Shown here one piece after another: positions 40,793 to 49,983 of a stretch of DNA of 64,000 nucleotides. The notes beneath the pieces were generated by a model. That model did not search any database. It was given only the letters and a program-made list of their open reading frames with translations, and had not been told where the DNA came from. This DNA comes from Candidatus Woesearchaeota archaeon (lineage in GTDB: Archaea > Nanobdellota > Nanobdellia > Pacearchaeales > GW2011-AR1): NCBI GenBank assembly GCA_964613185.1, contig CAZTIP010000002.1:15757-79756 (forward strand), written 5' to 3'. Positions within the stretch are counted from its first letter, which is position 1. Every line of letters begins with the position of its first letter. Position numbers and translations under genes: made by a program.

Positions 40793-42526
40793 TTAAAAAC
40801 TTGTAGAATTTCCCTTTTTTATGAATTCGTATAAATATTTGAAGTAATCTTGGTCGCTTGAATTTGCCATTTTTTCGACGATTAATTCAGGGGTTGAATG
40901 TGCTAATCTTCCGAGTACAGGGTTGTGATTTATGATTAAATTAAAATTTTTATCTAAACCCTTTGCTTCGATTCCATCAATTCTGGCATTGCTAGGCAAA
41001 TTTTTTTTTATTTCTTGTCCTAAATGTGTTGCAAGAACCATAAAACAATTCTTTTTGATGAAGTAATCTGCTGTTGCAGATATTATTTTTCCTGCTACTC
41101 CTGGTTCTGTAACTGCCTCTATTTCATCTGCTAAAATTAGTGTTTGCTTTCCAGGTTTTATTTTTGACATTTGAGTTAAGAGTGTTTCAAATGCACCCTT
41201 GGAAGCAGAACCTTTGTTTTTTGCGAAATAATAAATATCTGTGAAAATCGGAAGATGAATTTCTCCATTTATTGGGAGTCCTAATTGAAATAAAGAAATA
41301 TTTTGTAGGAGGTGTTCTAATAAGGTTGTTTTTCCACCCGAATTTGCACCCGTTAAAATCGAGCATTTATTGAAAGAATCTAATTGAAAACTTATCGGTT
41401 GTGCATTTTTAAGAAATATGTTTGATGCGTTTGAAAGATGAAGATTTTCCGAACTTGTAGGGTAACTTTTTCCTTCTTGAATCCATTGACTTATCCCGCA
41501 ACAAAAATCTTCTAATAATAATGATGTAGAAAGTTTATCTAAGAGGAAAGGTATTTGTTTTAACTCTTCTGCACTTTTTTTTACACGTTCTGCTAAATTT
41601 GTAAATTCTGTTGCACTTTGCCTTTTTATTTGAGCATCTAATTCTTGATGGTCGATTGTTACCGGAATTTGTAAATTAAAAATATGTTCTCCCAAATTAC
41701 TTTCTTGAATTGATTTTTGAACAATTTCTAAAATTGCAGGGGGCATTTTTCCTTCACCTAACATTTTCAAAAGCCCTTCTCCAGAAATTGTCATTTCCTT
41801 TACTTTTTCCGAAATTTTTTCATTTATATCCCCTAAAATTTTTTCAACTTCTTCTTCTGAGATTATTTTTCCTTCTTTATTATCTAATAAATCAAATAAT
41901 GGTACCAAATTTTCTAAAATTTTTTCAACTTCTTGAGAATTTTTTGATTTTTTTAAAATATTAAAATTTTTCCTCCATCCAGATAATATTTCTAAGTATC
42001 TTTCTAGATAAACATTTTCTATTGAATCTAAAAAAACCGTTTGAGGAAGTCTTTCTAAAAGTATTCTGAAATCGTCACAATCTACTACCTGAACTATATC
42101 ATATCTTTCTAAATCTATTACATCATTTTCTGAAATTAAAAGTTGGGCTGTACACCCTAGTTTATTTAATTGAATAAATGTAGATTCATCTTCGGTAACT
42201 GCGATAATATCGTATCTTGGTTTCCATTTTTGTCTGGGAAGTTCCAATTCTTTTAAAAAATCTCCATTTTTTATTGAAAGATTTTTGAAAAATTCTTGTC
42301 TTTGAATAATCTCTGAAAGATTTTCTGTGAAATTAAAAAATTCCCAAATATTGCTTGTTTCTTTAAAAATAAAGTTTGAAGAAATGCTGGTTAAAACTTT
42401 TTGATGTATTTTTTTTGCATCTCTTGTTTTGAAAATTGAATTTTTTGAATCTTTTATAAAACTCTTTGAACTATTAAATGGAGATAACTTTTTTTCCGAA
42501 ATAAATTTTTGTATCCTCTCTTTCAT
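40793..42526 (-). CDS. MutS-family ATPase (domain V; MutS2-like)
   Basis: Walker A TGANSGGKTTLLE, then DEIEAVTEP...ATH, which is MutS-like. Confidence 0.65.
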   Translation of the reverse strand: MKERIQKFISEKKLSPFNSSKSFIKDSKNSIFKTRDAKKIHQKVLTSISSNFIFKETSNIWEFFNFTENLSEIIQRQEFFKNLSIKNGDFLKELELPRQKWKPRYDIIAVTEDESTFIQLNKLGCTAQLLISENDVIDLERYDIVQVVDCDDFRILLERLPQTVFLDSIENVYLERYLEILSGWRKNFNILKKSKNSQEVEKILENLVPLFDLLDNKEGKIISEEEVEKILGDINEKISEKVKEMTISGEGLLKMLGEGKMPPAILEIVQKSIQESNLGEHIFNLQIPVTIDHQELDAQIKRQSATEFTNLAERVKKSAEELKQIPFLLDKLSTSLLLEDFCCGISQWIQEGKSYPTSSENLHLSNASNIFLKNAQPISFQLDSFNKCSILTGANSGGKTTLLEHLLQNISLFQLGLPINGEIHLPIFTDIYYFAKNKGSASKGAFETLLTQMSKIKPGKQTLILADEIEAVTEPGVAGKIISATADYFIKKNCFMVLATHLGQEIKKNLPSNARIDGIEAKGLDKNFNLIINHNPVLGRLAHSTPELIVEKMANSSDQDYFKYLYEFIKKGNSTSF

Positions 42527-42567
42527 TTATTGGGGAATTAAAATTCGTTTATAAGAACTATTGCGAT

Positions 42568-44031
42568 TTAATGTCTATCTTTTCTTTTGAAGGTATTTCT
42601 ACCTCCGCCACGAAATCCATCCTTAGATTTGACTCTTTTGTTTCTTTCACCTCTGTCTTCTCTTCCAAATGAATTAGTTCTTTTTTTGTTTGGAGAATGC
42701 CTTCTAGAATCTGGCCTCCGGGATTTATTTCCCCCGAATCTTGAATTTCTTGAATTATTTCCTCCAAACCTTGAATTTTCGGAGCTATTTCCGCGATTAT
42801 TTGGTCTTCCTCTATTTCCTTGAGACCTTCCTCTATTTCCTTGAGACCTTCCTCTATTTCCTTGAGACCTTCCTCTGAAATTTCCCATTCTCTTTGGCTC
42901 ATCCCATTTTACATAAACCTTTTCAAATTTTGGGGTCATTTCTCTTTTTATTACGAAAGATGTGTTGTGTTTTTGAACATTTGAAAAATTATCATAATCT
43001 CTACTTGCTAAAATATTTATTGCGATACCTTCTTTTCCTGCTCTTGCCGTTCTTCCAATTCTATGAACGTAATCTTTTGCATCTGCTGTTACATCGTAGT
43101 TATAAACATGCGAAACATTTGGAATATCTAAACCTCTTGCTGCAACATCAGTACAGACTAAAACATTGACTTTCGAATTGTCAAAAGATTTTAAGACCCT
43201 GTTTCTTTTGTTTTGTTCCATCCCCCCATGAATTGCTTGAGAATTTATTCCTTTTTCTTTTAAATTTTTTGCAACAAAATCTGTATTTCTCCGAGTATTA
43301 CAAAAAATCATTACTAGGTGTGCACTTTCCCCTTTTAATAAATGAACTAACAATGAAAACTTTTCATTATCCTTTACATCATAATAAATTTGTTTTAATT
43401 TTGAAGCATCAACATAACTTTCTACTGAAATTTCCAAGGGAGATTTCATATATTTCCCTGAAAATTCTGCTAAATCTTCAGAAATTGTTGCCGAAAATAA
43501 TAACGTTTGTTTTTCTTTTGGACATGATTTTACAATTTTTCCAACATCTTCCTTAAATCCCATATCCCACATCCTATCTGCTTCATCTAAAACTAAAAAA
43601 TCTATTTTGCTTAAATCTATAGAGTTATGTTTTAGATGGTCTAATAATCTTCCAGGTGTTGCAACAACGATTTCTGAATAGGCGAGTTTTTTTGTTTGAT
43701 TTATCATTGAAACACCACCATATACAGAAGTTATTTCTAATTTTTTATGATATGAAAATTCTTCCATTGAATTTGCAACCTGTTCTGCTAGTTCTCTTGT
43801 TGGTGTCAAAATTAATGCTTGGATTCCTTCTCCTTTTTTAACATTTTTTATAATTCCTGAACCAAAAGCTAATGTTTTTCCAGAACCAGTTGCTGAGCCA
43901 GCTATGATGTCCTTTCCTTCAAGAATTAACGGGATTGTTTTTTCTTGAATTTCGCTTGGCTTTTTGAACTTTTTTGCTGAAATAATTTTCAACACATGCT
44001 CGCAAAGTCCTAATTTTTCGAACTTTTCCAT
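42568..44031 (-). CDS. DEAD-box RNA helicase with a C-terminal RG/RGG-rich tail
   Basis: Q-motif, GSGKT, DEAD and HRIGRTAR motifs. The tail contains RGRSQGN repeated three times. Confidence 0.9.
   Translation of the reverse strand: MEKFEKLGLCEHVLKIISAKKFKKPSEIQEKTIPLILEGKDIIAGSATGSGKTLAFGSGIIKNVKKGEGIQALILTPTRELAEQVANSMEEFSYHKKLEITSVYGGVSMINQTKKLAYSEIVVATPGRLLDHLKHNSIDLSKIDFLVLDEADRMWDMGFKEDVGKIVKSCPKEKQTLLFSATISEDLAEFSGKYMKSPLEISVESYVDASKLKQIYYDVKDNEKFSLLVHLLKGESAHLVMIFCNTRRNTDFVAKNLKEKGINSQAIHGGMEQNKRNRVLKSFDNSKVNVLVCTDVAARGLDIPNVSHVYNYDVTADAKDYVHRIGRTARAGKEGIAINILASRDYDNFSNVQKHNTSFVIKREMTPKFEKVYVKWDEPKRMGNFRGRSQGNRGRSQGNRGRSQGNRGRPNNRGNSSENSRFGGNNSRNSRFGGNKSRRPDSRRHSPNKKRTNSFGREDRGERNKRVKSKDGFRGGGRNTFKRKDRH
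42809..42871. repeat. 3 x 21-nt perfect tandem repeat (cctctatttccttgagacctt) encoding the RGRSQGN repeats of the helicase tail
   Basis: Direct reading of the sequence. Confidence 0.9.
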
Positions 44032-44189
44032 ATTAAATTTTTAAGAAAAATCTTGAACGCGAATCCCTACGACTTTCGCCCAAGGACTCAGACTGATTTA
44101 TCTGATTATTTTATATTAATTAAGTTGAATTTTGGTTTATAAGTCTTTGTATTGGAAAGATTTATAATTTTGCTAACTTTTATTTTGTT

Positions 44190-44318
44190 ATGAAAAAATG
44201 TCCTGTTTGTAATAGTATCCGTTACGAAAATGTTGAAGGTAATTACTGTTGTTCTCGTTGTGGATTTGTGAATAAATCCTCTGAAAATTTTGAAAAAGAT
44301 TTTGCAGGAGATAGTTAA
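44190..44318 (+). CDS. Possible 42-aa zinc-ribbon mini-protein
   Basis: CPVCNS...CCSRCGF. It is preceded by a TATA-like tttataat about 25 nt upstream. Confidence 0.25.
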   Translation: MKKCPVCNSIRYENVEGNYCCSRCGFVNKSSENFEKDFAGDS

Positions 44319-44415
44319 ATTTAAAAGACTTATTAGGTGTTAATTGTAATTGATTTGGCCCCGTAGGCTAAAGTAACATCGAAAATGTTCCGAGTATCCT
44401 ACTTTGCTAAAGTTT

Positions 44416-44486
44416 GGCCCCGTAGGCTAGTGGTAGACCATCTCGTTTACACCGAGAATGCAGCAGTTCGATTCTGCTCGGGGCCA
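44416..44486 (+). tRNA. tRNA-Val(TAC)
   Basis: GGCCCCGTAGGCTAGTGGTAGACCATCTCGTTTACACCGAGAATGCAGCAGTTCGATTCTGCTCGGGGCCA. The acceptor has 7 bp. The anticodon arm is TCTCG-TTTACAC-CGAGA and the T-arm is AGCAG-TTCGATT-CTGCT. Confidence 0.8.
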
Positions 44487-44523
44487 TTTATTGATGTATA
44501 GTAATAACATTTAAATAAAGGAT

Positions 44524-46392
44524 TTGATAATAATAATTATGGATGAAAATCACAAAGCTTCTTCTGAAAGTGAATCTGTAGAAAAAAATCTTTCTAAGGA
44601 TTATGTACCTAAATCTAAACTTGGAGCAATACCGATCTCTAATCAACTTGATGATGCCTTGAAAGAAAAACAAAAAAAGATTAATAAAGATATTGAAGAA
44701 TTTAGGGAGGAACTCAATAAAAAATTTAAATTTACTGAAGCATTTGGTTTAATCCCTTCTCAGGCCTCAAAAAAAATTGAAGAAGAATATGGAATTTCTG
44801 AAGAAGATTCAAAAAAAGAACTTATACATTTATTAATGGTTATTCCTGAAAAACAATTTAAAAATATTGGGAAAATTAAGCTAGAGGTTATTGAACTTTC
44901 TAAAAAAATTAATGATAAATTTTGGATTCATGTAGTTACTCCGATTGACATTTGGAATCTTGGACTTGATTCTAAGTTTGATATTATGGAAGCACTTGCA
45001 ATGTCTTATCCAATTTTTGATAAGGGAATTCTGAGTTCTATCCGAGTTTCTCAAATACATAAATCATTAGTTTTGAGAAAATTTGAAAAATATGTTACGA
45101 GTTATGTTGTCGGGGGATCGCTTGTTCGTGGAGAAACTTTGAAAACTTCTGATATTGATGTATTTATAATTATTGATGATACTGATGTTAAACGAATGTC
45201 TCGTTTAGAATTGAAAGAAAAACTTAGAGGAATAATTCATTCTTATGTTGCAGAAGCTGAGGCAATGGCAGGGGTTAAAAATAAACTTTCTCCACAAATT
45301 TATTTGATGACTGACTTTTGGGAAGCTGTAAAGGATGCACATCCAGTTATGTTTACATTTATTCGTGATGGAATTCCGCTTTATGATAGGGGAGCATTTT
45401 TACCTTGGAAATCTTTACTTAGGATGGGAAAAATAAAACCTAGTCCAGAAGCTATTGATATGTTTATGAGTTCAGGGAATAAATTAAAAACTACTATTGA
45501 AAAAAGAATTTTTGATGTTGCAACTATGGATCTTTTTTGGGGAATTTCAACACCTACCCAGGGACTTTTAATGTTATATGGTCAATCTCCTGGAAATGTT
45601 TATGATACTGTGAAGGCATTTAGAAAAACTTTTGTAGATAAAGAAAAACTTATAGAAAAGAAATATGCAGATATTCTTGATGAAATAATGATAAAAGTTT
45701 GGAAAGCTTATGAACATGGGAAATTAAAACCTGGAGATATTGATGGAAAAGAATTAGATAGGTTGTCTAAAGATGCATTGGATTATATTAAAAGAATTAA
45801 AAAATTAAGAGAACAAATTGAAAAAAGAATTCAAGAAAAATCTATTGAAAAAACTTATGAAGATACTTTTGGAATGGTTGGAGCTTTCTTGAAGAAAAAA
45901 TCTGAAAATGATATTTTGAAAGCTTTTGATAATGAACTTATTAGGAAAGGTAAATTTCCTCAAAGGTTTCTTAAGAATTTGAAATTTATTTCCAAAATTC
46001 GAACTGAAATAAAAAATAAAAATATTAAAAATATTAAAAAACCGATTTTAACTTCTAAACAAAGTCGCGATGTGGAGGATGCACGCAAATTTTCTGCAGA
46101 AATTATTGAATCACTTATAGAATATACTCAACGATGCGAATTTGCTTCAATGGAAAGATCTAAATTCTTAATTAATGGGAAAGATTCAAATGCCGAAGTT
46201 TTCTTTTTGAAAAATCTTTTTTTGGTTCAAGGTTCAAATATACAAAAGCTTTCTGGAGAAAAATTGATTAAATCGGATTCTGAAGAATTGAAAGAACAAC
46301 TTTTGGAACATGCAGATAATGATGGAAAAATTAATTTTAAATCCTTGGAAGTTTTAAAAAAGATTTTTGGTGATTTTGAATTGATTTATTAA
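44524..46392 (+). CDS. Large minimal-nucleotidyltransferase (Pol-beta superfamily) domain protein with N- and C-terminal extensions
   Basis: GGSLVRGETLKTSDIDVFIIIDD is a GS...SDxD NTase motif. The helical domain downstream is homologous to the one in 53378..54250. Confidence 0.5.
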   Translation: MIIIIMDENHKASSESESVEKNLSKDYVPKSKLGAIPISNQLDDALKEKQKKINKDIEEFREELNKKFKFTEAFGLIPSQASKKIEEEYGISEEDSKKELIHLLMVIPEKQFKNIGKIKLEVIELSKKINDKFWIHVVTPIDIWNLGLDSKFDIMEALAMSYPIFDKGILSSIRVSQIHKSLVLRKFEKYVTSYVVGGSLVRGETLKTSDIDVFIIIDDTDVKRMSRLELKEKLRGIIHSYVAEAEAMAGVKNKLSPQIYLMTDFWEAVKDAHPVMFTFIRDGIPLYDRGAFLPWKSLLRMGKIKPSPEAIDMFMSSGNKLKTTIEKRIFDVATMDLFWGISTPTQGLLMLYGQSPGNVYDTVKAFRKTFVDKEKLIEKKYADILDEIMIKVWKAYEHGKLKPGDIDGKELDRLSKDALDYIKRIKKLREQIEKRIQEKSIEKTYEDTFGMVGAFLKKKSENDILKAFDNELIRKGKFPQRFLKNLKFISKIRTEIKNKNIKNIKKPILTSKQSRDVEDARKFSAEIIESLIEYTQRCEFASMERSKFLINGKDSNAEVFFLKNLFLVQGSNIQKLSGEKLIKSDSEELKEQLLEHADNDGKINFKSLEVLKKIFGDFELIY

Positions 46393-46411
46393 ATATTTTT
46401 AGTCTGATTTT

Positions 46412-46435
46412 ACGAATTGGTTAAATTTATAAATG
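46412..46435 (+). promoter_or_regulatory. Putative BRE/TATA promoter (ttggttaaatttataaat)
   Basis: About 25 nt upstream of the ATG at 46454. A nearly identical motif occurs at 47479-47497. Confidence 0.35.
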
Positions 46436-46453
46436 TAATTTTTAGAAAATTAT

Positions 46454-46930
46454 ATGGGAAATATAATGTATGTTAAAGAAGTTGCAAAAAGAGTTAGAGG
46501 TTTAGAAGATAATGTAACTTTATTAGGTAAGAGAAATTTTACATCTTTTGAAGGAGAGCCTTATGACTTAGTTTTTCATTGTTTGCCTATTAAATGTCCA
46601 CGTACAACTTTGAGTAAAGATGATCTTGTTATTCCCATGATTCCTTCATCCACTTCTCACGAATTCCCTAAAAGCGAAATTTTAAAATTTAATATGAATG
46701 AATTAAGAGACGGGGTCTTTTCATATAATTCTAGATCTAAAAAAGGTTCTTTATTAAAATTTATTCAAATGAAAGAATTTTCAGATGGATTTGATATAGA
46801 AAAATTATCTTCTTCAGAGGTAAATGAAGAAGTTTTGGAAGAACATGGATATCTTGATGAAATTCGATATTTAAGGGGAGATTTTAACTTAAATTATACT
46901 GGCATTTTAAATTTTCCTAATTTTTCTTAG
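46454..46930 (+). CDS. Hypothetical protein
   Basis: 158 aa with no recognised motif. Confidence 0.3.
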   Translation: MGNIMYVKEVAKRVRGLEDNVTLLGKRNFTSFEGEPYDLVFHCLPIKCPRTTLSKDDLVIPMIPSSTSHEFPKSEILKFNMNELRDGVFSYNSRSKKGSLLKFIQMKEFSDGFDIEKLSSSEVNEEVLEEHGYLDEIRYLRGDFNLNYTGILNFPNFS

Positions 46931-46934
46931 TCCT

Positions 46935-47477
46935 ATGGGGAGAATTGAAAGAAATAATGTTTCTGAAAAATTATTTTATTTTTCTGATTTGAAGATTCCT
47001 GCAATTGAACGTTCTCATAAAGGTCCTGGAACTTTGTTCGGAATACGTGAAAAAGTGATAAATGGAAACTATATTGGAGATATTTTATTTTCATATAAAC
47101 CTTTCCTTCCTCCAAAAAATTTTGAAAGAGACGATTTATTCTTTGTGGAAGTTCTTCGTCCAAGTTTACCTACTTTGAATGATTTTATTGATGCATTGGA
47201 AGAAACAGAATATACTAATCGTATTGTTGCTTATTTTAATAAATTGAAATATCTTTCTTTTGAAAATAATTCTGAAAAATTTCCCTCATTAGAATTTATT
47301 CACTGGAAATCTGTAGATCCTGAAAGAATTTTTGAAACTGATAAATTGGAATCTTTTGAATCTCGAAGAATTGTCTCATTAGATTCTTTTGAAATTAATC
47401 GAAAAAATTTAAATGGGTTAGAATCTGAATTAAGACTTTTAAAATCTGAAATTGACGATGTTTATGGGTTGCTTTAA
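46935..47477 (+). CDS. Hypothetical protein
   Basis: 180 aa with no recognised motif. Confidence 0.3.
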   Translation: MGRIERNNVSEKLFYFSDLKIPAIERSHKGPGTLFGIREKVINGNYIGDILFSYKPFLPPKNFERDDLFFVEVLRPSLPTLNDFIDALEETEYTNRIVAYFNKLKYLSFENNSEKFPSLEFIHWKSVDPERIFETDKLESFESRRIVSLDSFEINRKNLNGLESELRLLKSEIDDVYGLL

Positions 47478-47478
47478 T

Positions 47479-47500
47479 TTTGGTTAAGTTTATAAATCGT
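47479..47500 (+). promoter_or_regulatory. Putative BRE/TATA promoter (ttggttaagtttataaat) upstream of rpl35ae
   Basis: About 25 nt upstream of the ATG at 47518. It shares 17 of 18 nt with the motif at 46412. Confidence 0.35.
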
Positions 47501-47517
47501 TTTTTCACATAATTAAC

Positions 47518-47847
47518 ATGGTTATTGCTAAAGTTATACAGTTTAGAAGGGGAAGAAAGAATTATACTCCTAGACACTTCCTTATTGAAATTGATGGTTC
47601 TGCCTCTCGGGAAGATGCCTCTAAGTTTGTTGGGAAAAATGTCTCGTGGACGAGTACTGGAAAAGAACCCAAGATTATTTCTGGAAAAATTTCGTCTGCA
47701 CACGGAAATAATGGTGTTGTAAGGGCTATTTTTGAAAGAGGTTTACCTGGACAATCTATTGGAACTGAGGTAAAAATTGATGAAAGTTCTCAAGAAAATG
47801 TTAAAAAATTAAATGAATCTGATTCAGATTCTAAGAAAAAGGAATAA
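47518..47847 (+). CDS. rpl35ae: Ribosomal protein L35Ae
   Basis: VIQFRRGRKNYTPRHFLIEIDG...AHGNNGVVRAIFERGLPGQSIGTEVKI matches the L35Ae pattern (HGNSGVVRAKF...). Confidence 0.7.
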   Translation: MVIAKVIQFRRGRKNYTPRHFLIEIDGSASREDASKFVGKNVSWTSTGKEPKIISGKISSAHGNNGVVRAIFERGLPGQSIGTEVKIDESSQENVKKLNESDSDSKKKE

Positions 47848-48380
47848 TGGCTTTAAGGAAAAGTTCTGCTTACACTAAAAAATATGCTCGCCCATATACT
47901 CGTAAATCTAAAAAAAGAAAAAAATCTTATATTAAAACAGTCCCTAATTCTAGAATTGTCAAATTTAAAATGGGCGATTTGAAAGGTTACGATTCTGATA
48001 AATATCCGATTTGTTTAGAAATAATCTCTAAAGAACGAGTTCAAATGAGAGACAATGCTATTGAGGCTGTGAGACAATATTTGAACCGATTTCTTCAAGC
48101 AAGAGTTGGAAAAGAATTTTACTTAGAAGTTAAAATGTATCCTCACCATATTTTAAGAGAAAATAAAATGCTTACTGGTGCTGGAGCTGATCGTATGCAA
48201 ACAGGTATGAGTCGTGCTTTTGGAAAATCTATGGGACGTGCAGCTTTAATTCGACCAGGACAAACACTTTTTATTATTGGAGTTAAGAAATCTGCTGATG
48301 AAATTGAGGCAAGAAAATTAATTCGTTCTGCGAAGTCGAGATTACCTTGTAAAGTTTCTATAATGAATGCTTCTGATTAA
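47847..48380 (+). CDS. rpl10e: Ribosomal protein L10e (uL16)
   Basis: MALRKSSAYTKKYARPYTRKSKK..., with an L10e/L16 core. Confidence 0.85.
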   Translation: MALRKSSAYTKKYARPYTRKSKKRKKSYIKTVPNSRIVKFKMGDLKGYDSDKYPICLEIISKERVQMRDNAIEAVRQYLNRFLQARVGKEFYLEVKMYPHHILRENKMLTGAGADRMQTGMSRAFGKSMGRAALIRPGQTLFIIGVKKSADEIEARKLIRSAKSRLPCKVSIMNASD

Positions 48381-48392
48381 AATTTAATTTTT

Positions 48393-48767
48393 TTAATCAA
48401 GAGGATTATATCCCAAATCATCATCTGCACTTGAATCATATTTTGGTAACCCTTCAAAATCTTTAAGTTCGGAGGCATCTTCTAAAGTAACTTGTTCATC
48501 GTAAAGAATAATGTCTTTAGAATTTCCATATAATTTTGCGTGATCATGATTTTCATCAACCATTCTGTCTAAATTATCTGCTTCATTAATTAAATATTCC
48601 ATTTCAGAATTATGGAATATGTCTTCAAGGTTTCCATTTCTTATTGAAATTTTAGAAGTTTCCTCTCTAGAAAGATTTAATCCAGTTCTTAATCTATATT
48701 TTGCAGAAATACTATTTGCTAAATCTAATAATTTTTTTAATCTGTCCTTTGGTTTTCTGTTTTCCAT
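48393..48767 (-). CDS. Hypothetical acidic protein
   Basis: 124 aa with a D/E-rich C-terminus. Confidence 0.3.
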   Translation of the reverse strand: MENRKPKDRLKKLLDLANSISAKYRLRTGLNLSREETSKISIRNGNLEDIFHNSEMEYLINEADNLDRMVDENHDHAKLYGNSKDIILYDEQVTLEDASELKDFEGLPKYDSSADDDLGYNPLD

Positions 48768-48856
48768 TTTTGAGCAGATTTAGCAAATAACTTTTCTTTA
48801 AAAACTTTATGGAAGATTAGCGAAAGATTTAACAACCCGATTAAAGTTTTAAAATT

Positions 48857-49939
48857 ATGAAATGGTTTTTTATTTTGGGAAGAAATCCGAAGTTATCTCG
48901 TGAAGAAATTCTCGCTTATCTTCTTGCGAGGTCAAGGAAATATGAAGAGATTTTTTTTGATGAGAATCTTTTAGTGATTGAAACCTCTGAAGGAGAAAGA
49001 TTTAATATTCAGGAATTTGGAGGGGTTTTGAAACTTGGTGAAATTAGTTTTGAAGGCGAGGAATCTGAATTTAAGAATTTTGTTTTAAATAATGAATTAG
49101 TTCCTTCAGATAAATTTACTTATGCTGTTTTTGGAAATCTTGAATTGGAAATCTTGAAAGAGAAGTTTAAGAAAGAAAAGAAAAAAGCTGTTTTGAAACA
49201 TGGGAGAAATCAAATGGAGTTAGAAGGTGGGAAAAAAATAAATGTTCCCATAAATTCTGATTTTTCTATTTTTCTTTATGGTTTTGGTGGAAAGATTTAT
49301 TTTGGTTTGGCGAGTCAGAATTACAATTCTTTAGAAATTCGTGAAAGAGATATGGAAAAACCTATTCGTCGGGAAAGTTTAGCGATTTCCCCTCGTCTTG
49401 GGAAAATTTTAGTTAATCTTTCTGGAACTAAACCAGGAGATTTGCTTTTAGACCCTTTTTGTGGTGTTGGAGGAATTTTACAAGAAGCATTATTAAAGAA
49501 AATTAAAGTTTATGGAATTGATAAAGATGCTGATGCGATTAAAGGTGCAAAAGAAAATTTGAATTGGATTAAGAAAAAATATGGATTTAAAGAATCGTTT
49601 GTTTTGAAAGTTGGAGATTCCCGAAAGGTTGATGATTTGCAATTTGGTGCTATTGCTACTGAAACTCCTCTTGGAAAAGTTCTTAAGAAAAAACCAGATA
49701 ATAATGAAGCTAAACAAATAATTCAAAATTTTGAAGCTTTTATTATACCGATTTTGAATCGTTTAAAAAATTCTAAAAGGTATTCTGCGAAGATTGCAAT
49801 TACTTTTCCTGTGATTAGGAATTTTCATGTTGATGTTAAAAAAATTGCTAAAAAGGTTGGGATGAAAATTGTTTTTGAACCTATTAAGGAATCTCGGAAG
49901 GACCAGTTTATTAGTCGTGATGTTGTTGTTTTTATTTAG
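48857..49939 (+). CDS. Putative RNA methyltransferase (THUMP-like N-terminus plus a class I SAM-MTase; UPF0020/Trm14-like)
   Basis: LLDPFCGVGGILQEA is SAM-binding motif I, typical of UPF0020 tRNA m2G methyltransferases. Confidence 0.5.
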   Translation: MKWFFILGRNPKLSREEILAYLLARSRKYEEIFFDENLLVIETSEGERFNIQEFGGVLKLGEISFEGEESEFKNFVLNNELVPSDKFTYAVFGNLELEILKEKFKKEKKKAVLKHGRNQMELEGGKKINVPINSDFSIFLYGFGGKIYFGLASQNYNSLEIRERDMEKPIRRESLAISPRLGKILVNLSGTKPGDLLLDPFCGVGGILQEALLKKIKVYGIDKDADAIKGAKENLNWIKKKYGFKESFVLKVGDSRKVDDLQFGAIATETPLGKVLKKKPDNNEAKQIIQNFEAFIIPILNRLKNSKRYSAKIAITFPVIRNFHVDVKKIAKKVGMKIVFEPIKESRKDQFISRDVVVFI

Positions 49940-49949
49940 AGTTTAGGAT

Positions 49950-49975
49950 AATAAACTTTATATAATCCGTCTTCT
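49950..49975 (+). promoter_or_regulatory. TATA-like box (ctttatataat) upstream of the PEP synthase gene
   Basis: About 25 nt upstream of the ATG at 49984. Confidence 0.3.
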
Positions 49976-49983
49976 AAAAATTA

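Noticed and set aside
42558-42902. 114-aa ORF with EGLKEIE repeats
   Set aside because: It is an alternative-frame reading of the 21-nt tandem repeat inside the DEAD-box helicase tail. The helicase frame is continuous and carries all the helicase motifs.
44040-44110. GC-rich hairpin (GCGAA-tccctacgac-TTCGC) considered as a tRNA or ncRNA
   Set aside because: There is no cloverleaf and no T-loop. It sits in the 5' leader region of the minus-strand DEAD-box helicase gene, so it is at most a possible regulatory hairpin.
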